From positions 108,720 to 172,719 of the forward strand of contig NW_002060964.1 in the NCBI RefSeq assembly GCF_000150275.1: a stretch of DNA of 64,000 bases. The letters run 5' to 3'. Shown here in pieces: positions 15,059 to 35,992 of the stretch (position 1 is the first letter of the stretch; every line of letters starts with the position of its first letter). The notes beneath the pieces are model-generated. The model was not told the origin of the DNA, did not search any database, and saw nothing but the letters and a program-made list of their open reading frames with translations. This DNA is from Trichoplax adhaerens. Taxonomy: Eukaryota > Animalia > Placozoa. Both the position numbers and the translations under genes were made by a program.

Positions 15059-15229
15059 AAAGGTGTAAAGCTGCCTGTTGTTTTATTAATACTCAAAATA
15101 AGTTGTAAATTCTTTACAGTGTTAAAATTTAAATGAAAAAGCGACCAGTAAAGTGGTGCAAAGCTGCCTGTTGTTTTATTAATACTCAAAATAACTTATA
15201 AATTCTTTTACAATGCTAAAACTCAAATG
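15042..15229. repeat. Tandem duplication of about 93 bp covering the MMAB stop codon and proximal 3' UTR
   Basis: gaaaaagcga(t/c)cagtaaa..ggtg(t/c)aaagctgcctgttgttttattaatactcaaaataa... occurs at 15042 and again at 15135. Confidence 0.9.
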
Positions 15230-16329
15230 CTATCCTATAAAAGTTTTCTTGCTATAATTTCTTGATAAATGAAATGAATATATACGTATACATCTAGTCC
15301 AATTTTTGCGTTCCAAGACTTTGCGCTCACATTGTATAGCTTTAGCATTTATATAGTACAGCATTCTGAATTTTGAAATAAAATACCTAACTTTCTCTTG
15401 TATCGTGCCAATATATATGAACGTGACCGTAGGCGAAATCGGTCATTTTGCAAATGAGAATACAACTTATATGATAGACAGGCGCTCGCCGCGGAAATTT
15501 ACTTGTTATATCATGCGCCACTGTTAAAAGGTGCAGGAGAGCTGTTAACGATACTGTTGTGGTACTGTAGCACATCAATTAACGTTCCGTTAGAAGCCTT
15601 ACGGAAGATTTTGTTGGATATCCGAAATCGCTTTATTAACGAATCTCAACTGCTACGGTAACGGAAGTAGTGTGGTCACTGCCTATAATTATCCATGCTG
15701 GGTGTATAACCCTAACCCTAGCGATACTTGTTTATCAATACTGGATGTGTGATAAAGGACAATTTCCGAGGTATTACGATACTACAAAATGCGGTACTGT
15801 ACAGTATATTCAAATTCAACGATTTAACAATCGCGCAAGTTAATCAGTTCAGACATATGCAAAATACAGCACTATATATTAAAAGCAAATCTATTCATTT
15901 ATTAATTTTTACCAATGGAAACTAATTTTAATATCACCATTAAAAGGATTTAAACCACAACAACAGACGGGTAATGTATATATGATACTGACTGCATTCC
16001 AGTATGAAACGTGTACATATTTGCTTCTGGTATAACAACTGACTACAGTTAACATCAACAGCCAAATTAAAGAATACTAAAAATTTACTAGGTGATTGTC
16101 GTACGACAATGGTCTTTACTACAATACAAAAACAAATGTTAGAATTCACAGTAAATTCTCTTCGGCATCAAAGGATGTGCGTAGCAAGCAACGTTATTTA
16201 ATCTACTAAAAATATTTGATAATTCTATCAGCTTTCGGTAGATGTAAAGACTGCGTACTGTATCTTTTATCATAATTCTAATTACAACTGCTGTATAATA
16301 CTCTGATAAATTCATTTCTATCAATCGTT

Positions 16330-24543
<8,214 letters not shown>

Positions 24544-24747
24544 GACTCGTTACTTCTATGAGGAAAGGGAAAAAAACACCCAACTGTCAGTCAAGTCGTG
24601 GTTGATTTGCAAAAGCTTCTTCCTTTCCCTCTGGCTTACCTCTTTCGCGGTGCGCCACCCACAATTCCGCCGAGTTAGCAAGGGGTAAATGATGGTTGAA
24701 AAAACCCCTTATGTACAAGCATGGCCGATGACGTTTCTTTTTCTTGG

Positions 24748-24779
24748 CCAATAGGCGGGCCTTTAGCGTGGTGACGTCA
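24748..24779. promoter_or_regulatory. CLTC proximal promoter elements: CCAAT box (24748-24752), GC-box-like AGGCGGGCC, palindromic CRE TGACGTCA (24772-24779)
   Basis: Canonical motifs clustered about 200-240 bp upstream of the CLTC ATG in a locally GC-rich stretch. Function not shown. Confidence 0.5.
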
Positions 24780-25429
24780 TAGCGTGAGCAAGGATTGAGC
24801 GCGTGAGAAAGTGGAGGAAGAGAGATGACCGGTGGTGGGACAGACTTTTGTGCGGCTCGAGCTAGCAAATCAGAGTGGCAGGTGGGATTTTATCATTCAA
24901 TTGCTGTACAGTACAGTACCGAGTCCATGTACTGGTACTGTACCAGGCGAATACGGTACGGAACTTCACCCGTCATGACGACTCATCACGACGATGGAGA
25001 ACCGCCACACGTGACCCACTGTACTCAAGAGAGTGTCCATACTGTACACTGTCGTGAAGAAGAGGTCGGTGAAACACGCCCAAATTGAACACGGCACAGT
25101 CGAGAGCATCAAGTGCCAGTCTGTGTTCGTGGTTCATGCACATGATCCATGCAGGGACAAAAGGGATGAGCGTTTTCACTGGGTGGGATTGATTGGACGA
25201 TACTGTACTAGACTCTACACTCAGTGACGGTGTACAATCGAGTACAAGAGTATTGTTCCTGCATCCAATTGTTTGTCTACAGTATGGTGGAGTTTTATCG
25301 TGCGCCTGCGGTCTCTCTTTTTTCGCGTTGACATTTTTTCCTTTGAATGCTGCAGTTTCTTCTACGTGTATGCGATGATTGATTTGTATTTTCATTTTTA
25401 CCTCTGCAATATGAAGATATTGAAATGCA

Positions 25430-25530
25430 GATAGTTTACTATGAGAGCGGATGTCTACGGCATGCCTACAATGCATTTGGATAGTTTACTATGAGAGCGG
25501 ATGTCTGCGGCATACTTACAATGCATTTTG
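25430..25530. repeat. Tandem duplication of about 51 bp (gatagtttactatgagagcggatgtct...acaatgcattt)
   Basis: Two adjacent near-identical copies. Confidence 0.9.
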
Positions 25531-26043
25531 ATTGACTGGCTATACATACATACAGTAAATGCAGACCAATCGTCCAGTTTTGGCGATGGTGTGGAGAGAA
25601 TGGACGCCGATCGTTGAGTACCGTACACTGTAGGCAGTGTAGTGAATGGTAGTAGAGTTTAAGCAACCTGTAATCACTCGGTTGGAACCGAACCTTGGAC
25701 AGGTCTATCTACACTACAGTAACTCAGATGAATGGAGAATCCACATTTCAACACACGTTGATCAACTATCGAATTAATTCATAAACAATTCGCACAGTAA
25801 ACTATTCACTACCAGGGGTAGCAAACAAACATTTTTTTGTCCCGTTTCCTCTTTTGTCAATATGATTTTATTTCACAAGTCCCAGCAACTGTAAACGCTA
25901 ACCCGTGCCGCTGTCGAACTACTGTAATGACTGCTAGCAAACTACTGGACTATAAATCATACTCAATTACTCATACAGTACAGTCTGCATACAGGATATA
26001 CAGTACATTACTGCACACAGGTGTGCAGTATTGTACTCGCACT

Positions 26044-26581
26044 GAGAATTCGTCTACGCGCACTTGTCCGGTTGTCTCGACTTCCGATCCTACTGCTCGA
26101 TCCGACAGTTTACAGTACTGTATGTACAGTATAACATACTGTATGCATTGTACTGTACACTGTACACGTATTGAGAATTAGTCAGCGGGCACTTGTCCGG
26201 TTGTCTTGACTTCCGATCCTACTGCTCGATCTGAATGTACAGTTTACAGTACTGTATGTACTGTACAGTATAACATACTGTATGCATTGTACTGTACACT
26301 GTACACTGAGTACACGTATTGAGAAATGAGAATTAGTCAGCGCGCACTTGTCCGGTTGTCTCGACTTCCGATACTATGGCTCGATCTGAATGTACATTGT
26401 ACAGTTACAGTGCAGCAGTCAAAGCGCACTTGTCCGGTTGTCCCGACTTCCGATACTACGGCTAGATCTGAATGGACTGTACTGTACTGTACTGTACAGT
26501 GTACAGTAGACTTACTGAGAACCAGTCAACGCGCAATTGTCCGGTTGTCCCGACTTCCGATGCTACGACTAGATCTGAATG
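26044..26581. repeat. Five-copy interspaced repeat (core CACTTGTCCGGTTGTCYCGACTTCCGATMCTACGGCTCGATCTGAATG) separated by TACAG/TACTG-rich spacers
   Basis: Cores start at about 26061, 26190, 26345, 26427 and 26534. Most are preceded by a GAGAATTAGTCAGCG-like sequence. Confidence 0.9.
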
Positions 26582-27978
26582 TTGTAGTGTAGAGTAGAGA
26601 CCCTCTAGTGTAGTGTACAGTACAGTGTACTGTATAGTAGAGATGAACACCGTATCAAATTGTTACTTCACTTTACAGTACACCTGTCGATGGTTTGCTT
26701 ATGGTACTTCAATACCATCGGAGTTGATACACAGCCAACTGTGTAACAGCAACTTGCGAAAATTCTCTTTAAAGCCGTGGAATGGACGTAGCTGTAGTTA
26801 TTTCTTATGAGAGATGGGTTTTTTCTTACAGTGCAGTACACTGTACAGTACAGTACAGTACTGTATAATACCGTTGAGTACTGCTCTCTCTTTTACTGGA
26901 CAGTATTGGATGAATGCTCGACGTCACGACGAGTGGACGATTGCGCGCCAGAACTTTCCGTACTATTCACTGTGGGCAGGATACAATGTACTGTAGTCGG
27001 GCTCCTACAGTACTGTAGGCGGCCAGGCTAGCCGTTACAGTCAAGTGTTTTTTTCCAAACTGGATGGGCTAGCCATACGTATTGTTTTGTAGAGGAGTGT
27101 CGCTGCCGTGTATGACCAACACTATGGTCGGAGTACTGCAGGCATTGCACAGTCAATGTGCTATACGCCAGTTTGACCTGTCATGATCGTCAATTGGGGG
27201 GGGGGATAGAGAGGGAGATTCCAATCATTGAGCCATCCATTGGAGAAGCTTGAAATGTTCTGCAGCTGCAAGCCTTGAAGTTTCAACATCTATTTATTAG
27301 CAATCGACATGGTAGAAGTTCATTGTAATATCCAATAGATTGAAAGAGTTGGCCAGATGTCGTATAATGCTGGTGATAGCGCTTCCAAACGGCATTTACA
27401 GCAGGGACGTTCAGGTTGGAAATTGTTGGTGAAGGGATTTTTGACTAGGCTTGATCATGACAGTAGTAATAGTAGTCAACGCTGGACTATCTCATCCTGC
27501 AAACTACCAGCTACATTATCCATCGTGTCTTTCAATACCGGCCTATCGCTTGGTTGAAAAACACTTTGGCCTAAACTATTTCAGTCTTTTAGCCTATTTT
27601 TCCTCTTTCAAAATCCTTCTTACCATCTTATTAGTCTTGTAGACAGGCATTACTAGACAGTACAGGAGTTTGCAGCGTATTTTCATCATCATCGCCTTTT
27701 AACTACGGCTATACCAACTCCTATTGTTGAATGCATTGTCTACGGTAATATCCATCCACCGTAGTAGATTCAATCCGTTCTTGTAATATGCAGAGTATAG
27801 GCCAAAATAGTCCTGTTGGTCAACTTGAAAGGCTTCAATAACATGTCATGATGTGAAAGATCAACGACTAATAGCGTCTCTTTCTTGTTTTTTTTTCATG
27901 ACTTGATTTTCACTATGGTCTTTCGCACTTTTTCCATTCCATCGCTGTCAATGGCAACAATCATGGTGGAACGTCTTC

Positions 27979-30900
27979 ATGGTATGGATAGCATCATCTT
28001 GCCACAAGCAACAAAATCAAAGCAAAAGTAGCAGCAATCATCATCGTCATCGCCACGATTATAAGTTATTAATTGATCCGGCATTGAATTCCACGCAATC
28101 CAAGAAAGTCTATCGCTACAACGGATGCGTTAACGAGGTACTATCTTATACTGTACAGTAGTCAACTAAGATTAAACTCAGTGACGGATCGATAGGTAAA
28201 ATGTACTGCAGCTCTTGAACGACTAGTCCCTAAAACTATTGAATAGATAGATGTGTATTTCTGTAAATGACTTATCAACATATCACTATAACTTTCAATT
28301 CCACCATGGATTGATGCTTATTGATACAGTAAATGGTACAACATGCGTTGTCTTCATTGCAGTACAACTGTGTATCAAATGACGGCAAAGATTAACCCCG
28401 TTGTTATTGTGATTGGAAAGGGTACACTAAAAATGAGCTAGCCCATGAACTTGACTACAGTCTTGAATACATTCCATTCTCGTCTGCTAAAGAAACATCA
28501 ATAGCCCATCTTATTAACTCTAGTCAACACACATAGAATCCAAATTCTAGTTAGGATATTGATGAGGAAAATTTTTTATCAATTTATTTTTAATTTGGAT
28601 TCATAGCCAAATAATCCGACTCTGTTTTGACCATGTGATCTTGTATAGGATGAGCCCTCCATTCAAGTGCAAGATCCACGCTTACACAAGGAATACTTAT
28701 CCAAAAGTAGGCCCCAAATTGAACTTTTAACGACGCGATTTAAGGTAAGTTAGGACTTGAATGATAATTGAATAGCAAGAGACGGCCAAATGATATTGTA
28801 TTGCTATGCTATCGGCCCTATGATTGGATATAGAACGTGTGCCAAGAGAGCCATAAAGTACAACGTACTCTGTCGTCTTATGCGTACTATCGCCTTAATG
28901 TAAACATGATGATTACTTTCGTTTTTCCAACAGCATGTTTTAATACAGTATACAATCAATATGCTTTATGCTGTAAACTTCAATAAAGTAGACATGTCAA
29001 TTATAAATAGAGGTAGCATGCTACTGATAGATTCAACAAAAACTTATTTCCGGATCGATATTTCGCCTTACTTGATTCATCTCTTTTTTATAACTATATC
29101 CTATGATGAATGTCATTGATGCCACCGGTATACTTGCACAATCGCCTTCCTTAACAATGATCGACATGAACTATAGTATGATGAGGCTTCGGTTGGTGAT
29201 CCGCCGGCCAATTCTATCTTCATCGCTAATTTGAGTAGTACAATTGATCAACGTGATTTACAAAGCTACTGCAAAGTTTATGGTAAGATTGATACACTGA
29301 AACTTTATCGCCATCCAAACAATCGATCTCCATTGGCTGCTCGTGTAACCTACGTCCATTGTAAAGATGCCAGTAAAGCGGTTCGCGGTTTAAATAATAA
29401 GATAATTAAAGAACAAGCTATGCGCGTAAGCATCGATCCTAAAGGTTGGTTGAAGAGAAAATTGACCAATTTTTTTTTTGTAAAGTTGACAAGTATAATG
29501 TGGATTACAATTTTCTTTTACTGACCATAGCGTTTTAAGTCGTACACATTGACGCGCTACGTAATGACATCGTGAGTAATGAACTACTCAATTAAACCCC
29601 AACATTGTCATTAGTAATGGCTACTTGCACTTTTCACAAAGTAAACGTATCATTTTCCATGACGATGATCACGTTGACATTTGGTCATAGTACAGAAGAA
29701 TCGAATGCCACTAATTGTAGTAGTGATTCTAATCACTCAAAATCACTAAAATATAGCTTTTCAAGCAACATAATTATCACATACACACCGAAGCTTCCGT
29801 AATCTATTTTCATATTCTGAGCTGTTGTCTGCATAAGGAGATTGATATGGTAAACGTGAACTTTGCTTATTTTTAATCTTGCCTTTTACTTTACTATAGC
29901 AATTCTTCAGATACCAAAATAACGTTATTTCATAATAATTAGGATCTTTTGAAGCCTTGGTCATGCTAACAAGGTTTTAATTAAAATGCATTATAAATTA
30001 AATTAAAGTAGAGGAACTGTAGTGTAGTTTTGACCAAAACAGTGACCAACCCTTTAATAATAATATGAGTGGAAAATAATTAATCAAATTGTTACCGTAA
30101 GCATAATAGATGGTCAAGTGTATAGGATTGGATTGCTCATTATACGCGGACTGTTGTAGAATTTATTACCGACACAGTTATCTACACTCTAAATTGTAGA
30201 TAGCATCATGTCTTCTTGTCAAACTTGGAACTGATAAATGTCATGAGATTATGATAGAATTACTGTGTAGTTTTATTTATTTAAGTAGTACAATTCTCTA
30301 ATCATACAGTATTATTATCAGTTACTCAAGATGGCAAACGAAACATGAAATGGCAATTACCTGGACATAATTATTTTCTAAATAATTTTGGATTAATGAT
30401 CTTGAAAGTATCGTACAGTGATTGATTGTTTAAGCATGATGAAAGTGAAATCTTTCGTTTCATTCATTCAGTAATATAGTGAAAAAACCGTTGTACATAT
30501 ATGATACACTTGCGTTTAAAGCATTAAAATAAGTTAAAAATAATAATTAGCGCGATTACTAGTGACTGATGAGATGGGTATTGAGATATTTCATACTTAC
30601 AGATCTGTAAACTTTGACGATAGCTGAATATTTTCAGTCATTAAACTACGATAACAATAGTGAATATTTACAAACGCTACGTACCGATGAAGATACGGGT
30701 ATGTAAACAGTAAATGCTAGTAGTTCTACAACTGTGAAATCGAATAATTTCCGTGCCTTTCGATATCACATAATAGGTTAGGAAATCAACACAGGATTAT
30801 GAAATGTAACTTTGAAGTACATGTTTGGCAATTTCTGATTATAGCGGTCTTAGCTTTAACTTTAAAATTACACACCTTGAATGATACTGATAGTGTACCG

Positions 30901-33900
30901 ATTGTTATGTTTTTAGTTGTCATAATGGATACATTATGCATACTGTAGCAGTCCACGAGCAGACATGTAATTGTTATTAATAATATTGACAATTACTGAT
31001 TGTACGATATGAGAGCCCCAATGGTTCTTGCAAAATAATAATCACATAATTAGTTGTAAACATTTTCTTCTCTTAATTAAGGGACAGTAGTCAAAAGGGA
31101 CGTTTGATTGGATACCTTTTCTGATCAAATAGCTTAATCAAATTCGAGCTTAAATAATGTGTATACTCGTATTTGCACTTTAATTACCGGAATTAGTAAA
31201 TATGATCGTTTATCTGAATAAATGTTCAAAATTAACTTCATATAATTACACTTTTAATGAAATCTTTTGAATGGAGCTAATCGCTTTGGATTAATTTTCG
31301 TAAACTTATTTTTTTAATCTGATAACAAGCTTGAGTGTAATCGTAGCTGTTGATCAGAATTGAGTAGGTATTGTCGTACAGAACATGTTTATCATACTTT
31401 TGAAATTATGGTTCGATTTAATTTAAATGATTATCAATATTTTAACATATTCTAAATACTATATGTCTAAATTCATCCATACGTTTTCGTTTCAAACATG
31501 GACTACTAGTTACGTATGATGGCAGCTAATGTTGTACTAGTACAATAGTAACTACATTACTGACATATCGGTTAATGAATTCAAATTCAACTAATAGGTG
31601 AATTATTGCAAGAAGCTTTAATTCCAGTATTACCAAACCATGAAACACAGCAACAACGATGGAAAAAAATTCGACCTGCAAATGTACACGAACAAATTGA
31701 AAAATTACGCAAATATTACGAAAGACACAAAACATCGAATCCTTCTGATAACTATTACGCTACAAATAATCATCATGCTAATGATAAAAAGGAAAGTAAG
31801 CAATCGTCATCCAAGTTAGATAGTAGATTAGAACAGTTACTAAAAAATCAAAGCGCATGTGAACTATTAATGAGCAAAGGCTTTAATGCACGAAGTATAC
31901 CGCCGCCGTTGCCAATCATCTCACCTCCGACAGTAGCACCACCGCTACCGTCGTCACCTGTTCCACCGCCTGCGCCTCCTCTACCAGTTGAAAATTACCC
32001 CGCTGCTCCGCCACCACCTGACATCAACGAAGTAGCAATGGATGAAACTAATTCAGATGATGATGCTATGTCATTATCGCCAATCAGTTCCAACGATGAA
32101 TTTGAAGTTGCCACCACTAAGCCTGTACCAATAATATCACCTTCATTCGGTTACAGCGTTCCTAAATTAATAGCAAGTAAACCACCGCCTCCAGTGGATG
32201 TATTGCCAAAAAATGTACATTTGTCTAAAATTGTTAGTCCTAATACGTCCTCAATATCAATGACGCCTCCTTATAGTAATACTATAAAACCGTTAATGTC
32301 AACACCGCCGAAACGATCTACTGTTTTAAATATAACTAATGCGATACCGAAAAATGCCGTACCCATAAAGACCCCAACGTATCCTGTCTCGCCGTCGGTA
32401 CCTGATACGCGCTTAAATTACACCATCGGCGACGTTAAACCAAATTATCATACAGGTGATGTTAAGCCAAAATACCATGCCGCTGATGTTAAGCCAAATT
32501 ATCTTGCTAGTGATGCTAAACTAAATTATCATGCTAGTGATGTTAATCCAAATTATCATGGCAGTGATGTCAAACCAAATTACTATGCCAGTGATATTAA
32601 ACCAAATTATCATGCCAGTGATATTAAACCAAATTATCATGCCAGTGATGCCAAACCAAATTATCATGCCAGTGATGTCAAACCAAATTATCATGCCAGT
32701 GATATTAAACCAAATTATCATACCGGTGATGTTAAACCGAATTATCATGCCGGTGATGCTAAACCAGGACGCCATACAGCACCAGAGCCTGCACCTCACA
32801 AGATTCAAGGGTTGAAACTAAATAATATACCTACTCAGGTGTCAAGTTGCATAGATGAACGCTTAAATTTTCGCTTCATTGTGGATGATGTAGTTGCCAA
32901 AGTGGCTACGGAACTTAAAAGTATTGTCAAGCGGGATATTTGTAAGAAGCTAGTAGAAACGGTTGCGTTTAAAGAGTTAGATGACTGGTGGGATAAACAG
33001 TCCGCTAAAAATGTAAGATTCTGTATCTTTAAAGTTTACTAAATTATACGGTGATGCAATAAGCATGATTTCGAGTGATAACTGTACTGCATTCTCTGAT
33101 TTACATTGTTTTATTTATCAGTCGTCCGGGCGGATCGCCCAGCCTTTCGTTGCAAAGACCGAAAGTTCGAATGTTGCCGCTGCTTCAACAATGCTTAGGT
33201 GGTCATCGTTTGGTGATAAGGGTTTAAAGGCTACTTTGCCCAAAATGCCATCTTTCAAACGACCCAGTCAAATCCAACAGGAACGCGAATATGAAACAAA
33301 ATCTTCAATGAAAAGGGAACGTAGTGATAGTAGTGTTGCACCATCGAAAAGGGTTAAAGTAGAAAGTGATATTGAAAGAATAGATGTAACACCAAGTTTA
33401 ACTGATTCCGAATCAGAAAGTGATAATATATCAATTACATCGGAATCTGATCGAGTATCGTTGTCAGAATCCAGTATTACTATTACGCCTGTTACTTCCG
33501 ATGGTGAAGAAGGTACCGGCATCAGATATCTTGTATTTGCTTTATGTCTTTTATTGCAAAAAGACCCTATGTGTTTATTTTTTCGTTACTGATTAATTTA
33601 TATTTCGATTTCTACACACAGATGATTACAAAGAGAACTCGCAGTCCTTATATCATAGATTATACTCTAGTAGCAATGAGGAGGAGGATGCCACACTTAA
33701 TGATGCAACAAATGAAGCTGTTATTGATGTATGCCCTCAGGAAACCAAAGATGCCGGTAGTTTAAACTTACTCAAAATTATCATATGATCTAGGACATTT
33801 AGAGACTAAACAAGATGTAATTGATAGGAGGCACTAAACAATCATGTAATTGTGTAGGTGAAAATATGGAGATTGCTGTTGAAAATGGTGTTGCTGATAT

Positions 33901-35316
33901 TGAAAATAATATTAGCGTTGAACCGAAAAAAGAAGAATTAGAAGTTGAGGTAGCCGTAGAAATGCCGGTTACTGGCAAAGTAGACGACCGTAAAGAAGTT
34001 CCTTTGCCGACATCTAAATTCAGGGTTAGGTCGAAAAATGAAGAGGAAGAAATATTTTGGTCATTCTTTCGTAAAGGATACGATCTGGAAGATTATCGTT
34101 ACATCAGGAACTCTTTCTTTGACTTACATGAAAACGATTCAGAATTTGCTAAAGAAATATTATGGGCTTCTTGTCCGAATATCCTTTTATACTATATATA
34201 CTTATTGAAATTACGTAAAAGTGTTATAGCTAGTAAATCAGTAAAACTTAATGAAACAGGATACTAGTAATCTACGCTTTTAACGCTTTGCATTTCTCAA
34301 ATCATGTTATTATATTCATTAACGAATTGGTACATCAGCTACCGACGGTCGTTTCGGAGAAATTGGCTCATAAGACCGGTTGCGCAAGATGCGAAGGATA
34401 CTATCGAATTGATAAAGCTGACAAGGCACGCCATGTGCAAGATGCTGCTACTGCTGCCGCAGCTGCTGAATCTAACGTAATTATTTGTACTTATGTTTTG
34501 CATTAATTGTTTAGTTATCATGTCACTGAGCTAATAATTGCGCAGTATCAGTACTAAGAAGTAATCCATGACGTTTGTATTAGGAACCTTCAAAGGGACG
34601 ACAAGTTTCTCGAGAGAATCGCGCTAGCAATCGACGCATTATCTCATTCTTTCAGGCTTCGGATGCTGGAGATTTATTAAAACTCAATCAATTAAAGGTA
34701 AGATCTAGCTGTACTAATATTATTACGTGAGAAAATCAATTTCTGCTACGTTGTAGTGATATTTGACTTACTTAATGTTATATATTGTACAGACTCGGAA
34801 GAAGCAGCTGCGATTTGGAAGATCACAAATTCACGAGTGGGGATTATTTGCTAGAGAGCCTATCGCGGCTGATGAAATGGTTATTGAATATGTCGGTCAA
34901 ACGATTAGACAGACTGTCGCTGATGAACGTGAACATCGATACGAAAAAATTGGGATTGGTAGCAGTTATTTATTCCGTATCGACGATAATTACATTATTG
35001 ATGCTACCAAATGTGGAAATTTAGCTAGATTTATTAATCATTCGTGCTCGGTACGCTAGTATTCATTTTTTTATTTCTTTATATTGAGGTTAAAACATTT
35101 TTAAACAATATCTATATCTTTTCAATCTGCTTTTCTTTGCAGCCAAACTGCTACGCTAAGATTATTTCACTCGAATCCCAGAAGAAAATCGTTATTTACT
35201 CTAAATACGATATCCAAGTGAATGAAGAAATAACCTACGATTATAAATTTCCTATCGAAGATGTCAAGATACCATGTCATTGCGGAGCGTTACAATGTCG
35301 TGGGGCTCTCAATTAG
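27979..35316 (+). CDS. SETD1: Histone H3K4 methyltransferase SETD1/Set1; exons 27979-28137, 28650-28746, 29177-29443, 31598-33012, 33122-33512, 33622-33756, 33858-34178, 34334-34476, 34584-34697, 34793-35050, 35143-35316 (start codon uncertain)
   Basis: N-terminal [17 protein letters not shown], an RRM exon, [21 protein letters not shown] motif [26 protein letters not shown] domain ([30 protein letters not shown]) and post-[13 protein letters not shown]. Confidence 0.96.
32428..32766 (+). repeat. Coding 27-bp minisatellite, about 12 copies of the 9-aa unit [SG]D[VIA]KPNYH[AT], in SETD1
   Basis: Visible directly in the DNA (gtgatattaaaccaaattatcatgcca) and in the 478-aa ORF. Confidence 0.95.
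34179..34333 (+). other. U12-type AT-AC intron in SETD1
   Basis: 5' ATATCCTTT, branch site TTCATTAAC (34315-34323), terminal AC at 34332-34333. Removal joins [27 protein letters not shown] in frame. Confidence 0.92.
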
Positions 35317-35992
35317 TGAAGCCGTCTTTAAGTATACAGTATGTATGTTGTGTAGCATATTGTATGATTCAGATACATTTTTTGTACTATTGCTTTGTTT
35401 TTGACGTTGCATAGCATCGCACGGTAGTATCGAAAAGATTTTTGAAGCCCACGGATATTTGTAAATATGGCAGCTACCAACTAAGATGCTACGAAATTAG
35501 TAAATGTGTATTTTATGTAACGTTTAATCATTTTATTCTATTGACATATGTAGCGTTAAAATAATACTGTATGTAAATAGCATATACTTTCGAATGTTTC
35601 AGCAATACGAGTACAGTTTTTATGCAAGATTTATTTACGTTAGAATATCGTGAACGAAACTATGAAAGAGTTTCACAAGATACTAAAACTGAATATTTGC
35701 TACTCTATGACATAAGTAATGATATGATAATAGATTATAATATCATATGTTTTCATATGTTTAAGCTAATGTATAACTCTTATGATTTATATCTTGCCTG
35801 ATAAAATTAGTTATCAAAATGACAACTGGCAGCATGTACGTATCTACAGAACATTACAAAAATGAATGTTTGATCTAAAATTGATGATTTTGATACACCA
35901 AATATCAACAATTGCTTGCACAGATGTAAATGTTATGCCCGTGACTGTCCATACGCATCAGCAGTGAATTAATAAATAAAATCCTACATTGT

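Noticed and set aside
15707-15721. Interstitial telomere
   Set aside because: Only about two TAACCC units.
26044-26581. CRISPR array
   Set aside because: Eukaryotic context, no cas genes, and spacers are low-complexity, mutually similar and of very unequal length.
24587-27642. Many short ORFs between CLTC and SETD1 (and at 12265-12622)
   Set aside because: By-products of GC-richer, TACAGTAC-repetitive promoter DNA (YSTVQY-type translations); no recognisable domains.
29540-29571. Extra SETD1 micro-exon (AG...GTGAGT)
   Set aside because: It would shift the frame; direct splicing 29443 to 31598 gives DPKGELL in frame. It could at most be a poison exon, with no support.
32521-32815. Repetitive hydrophobic ORFs ([17 protein letters not shown])
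   Set aside because: Alternative frames of the SETD1 27-bp repeat.
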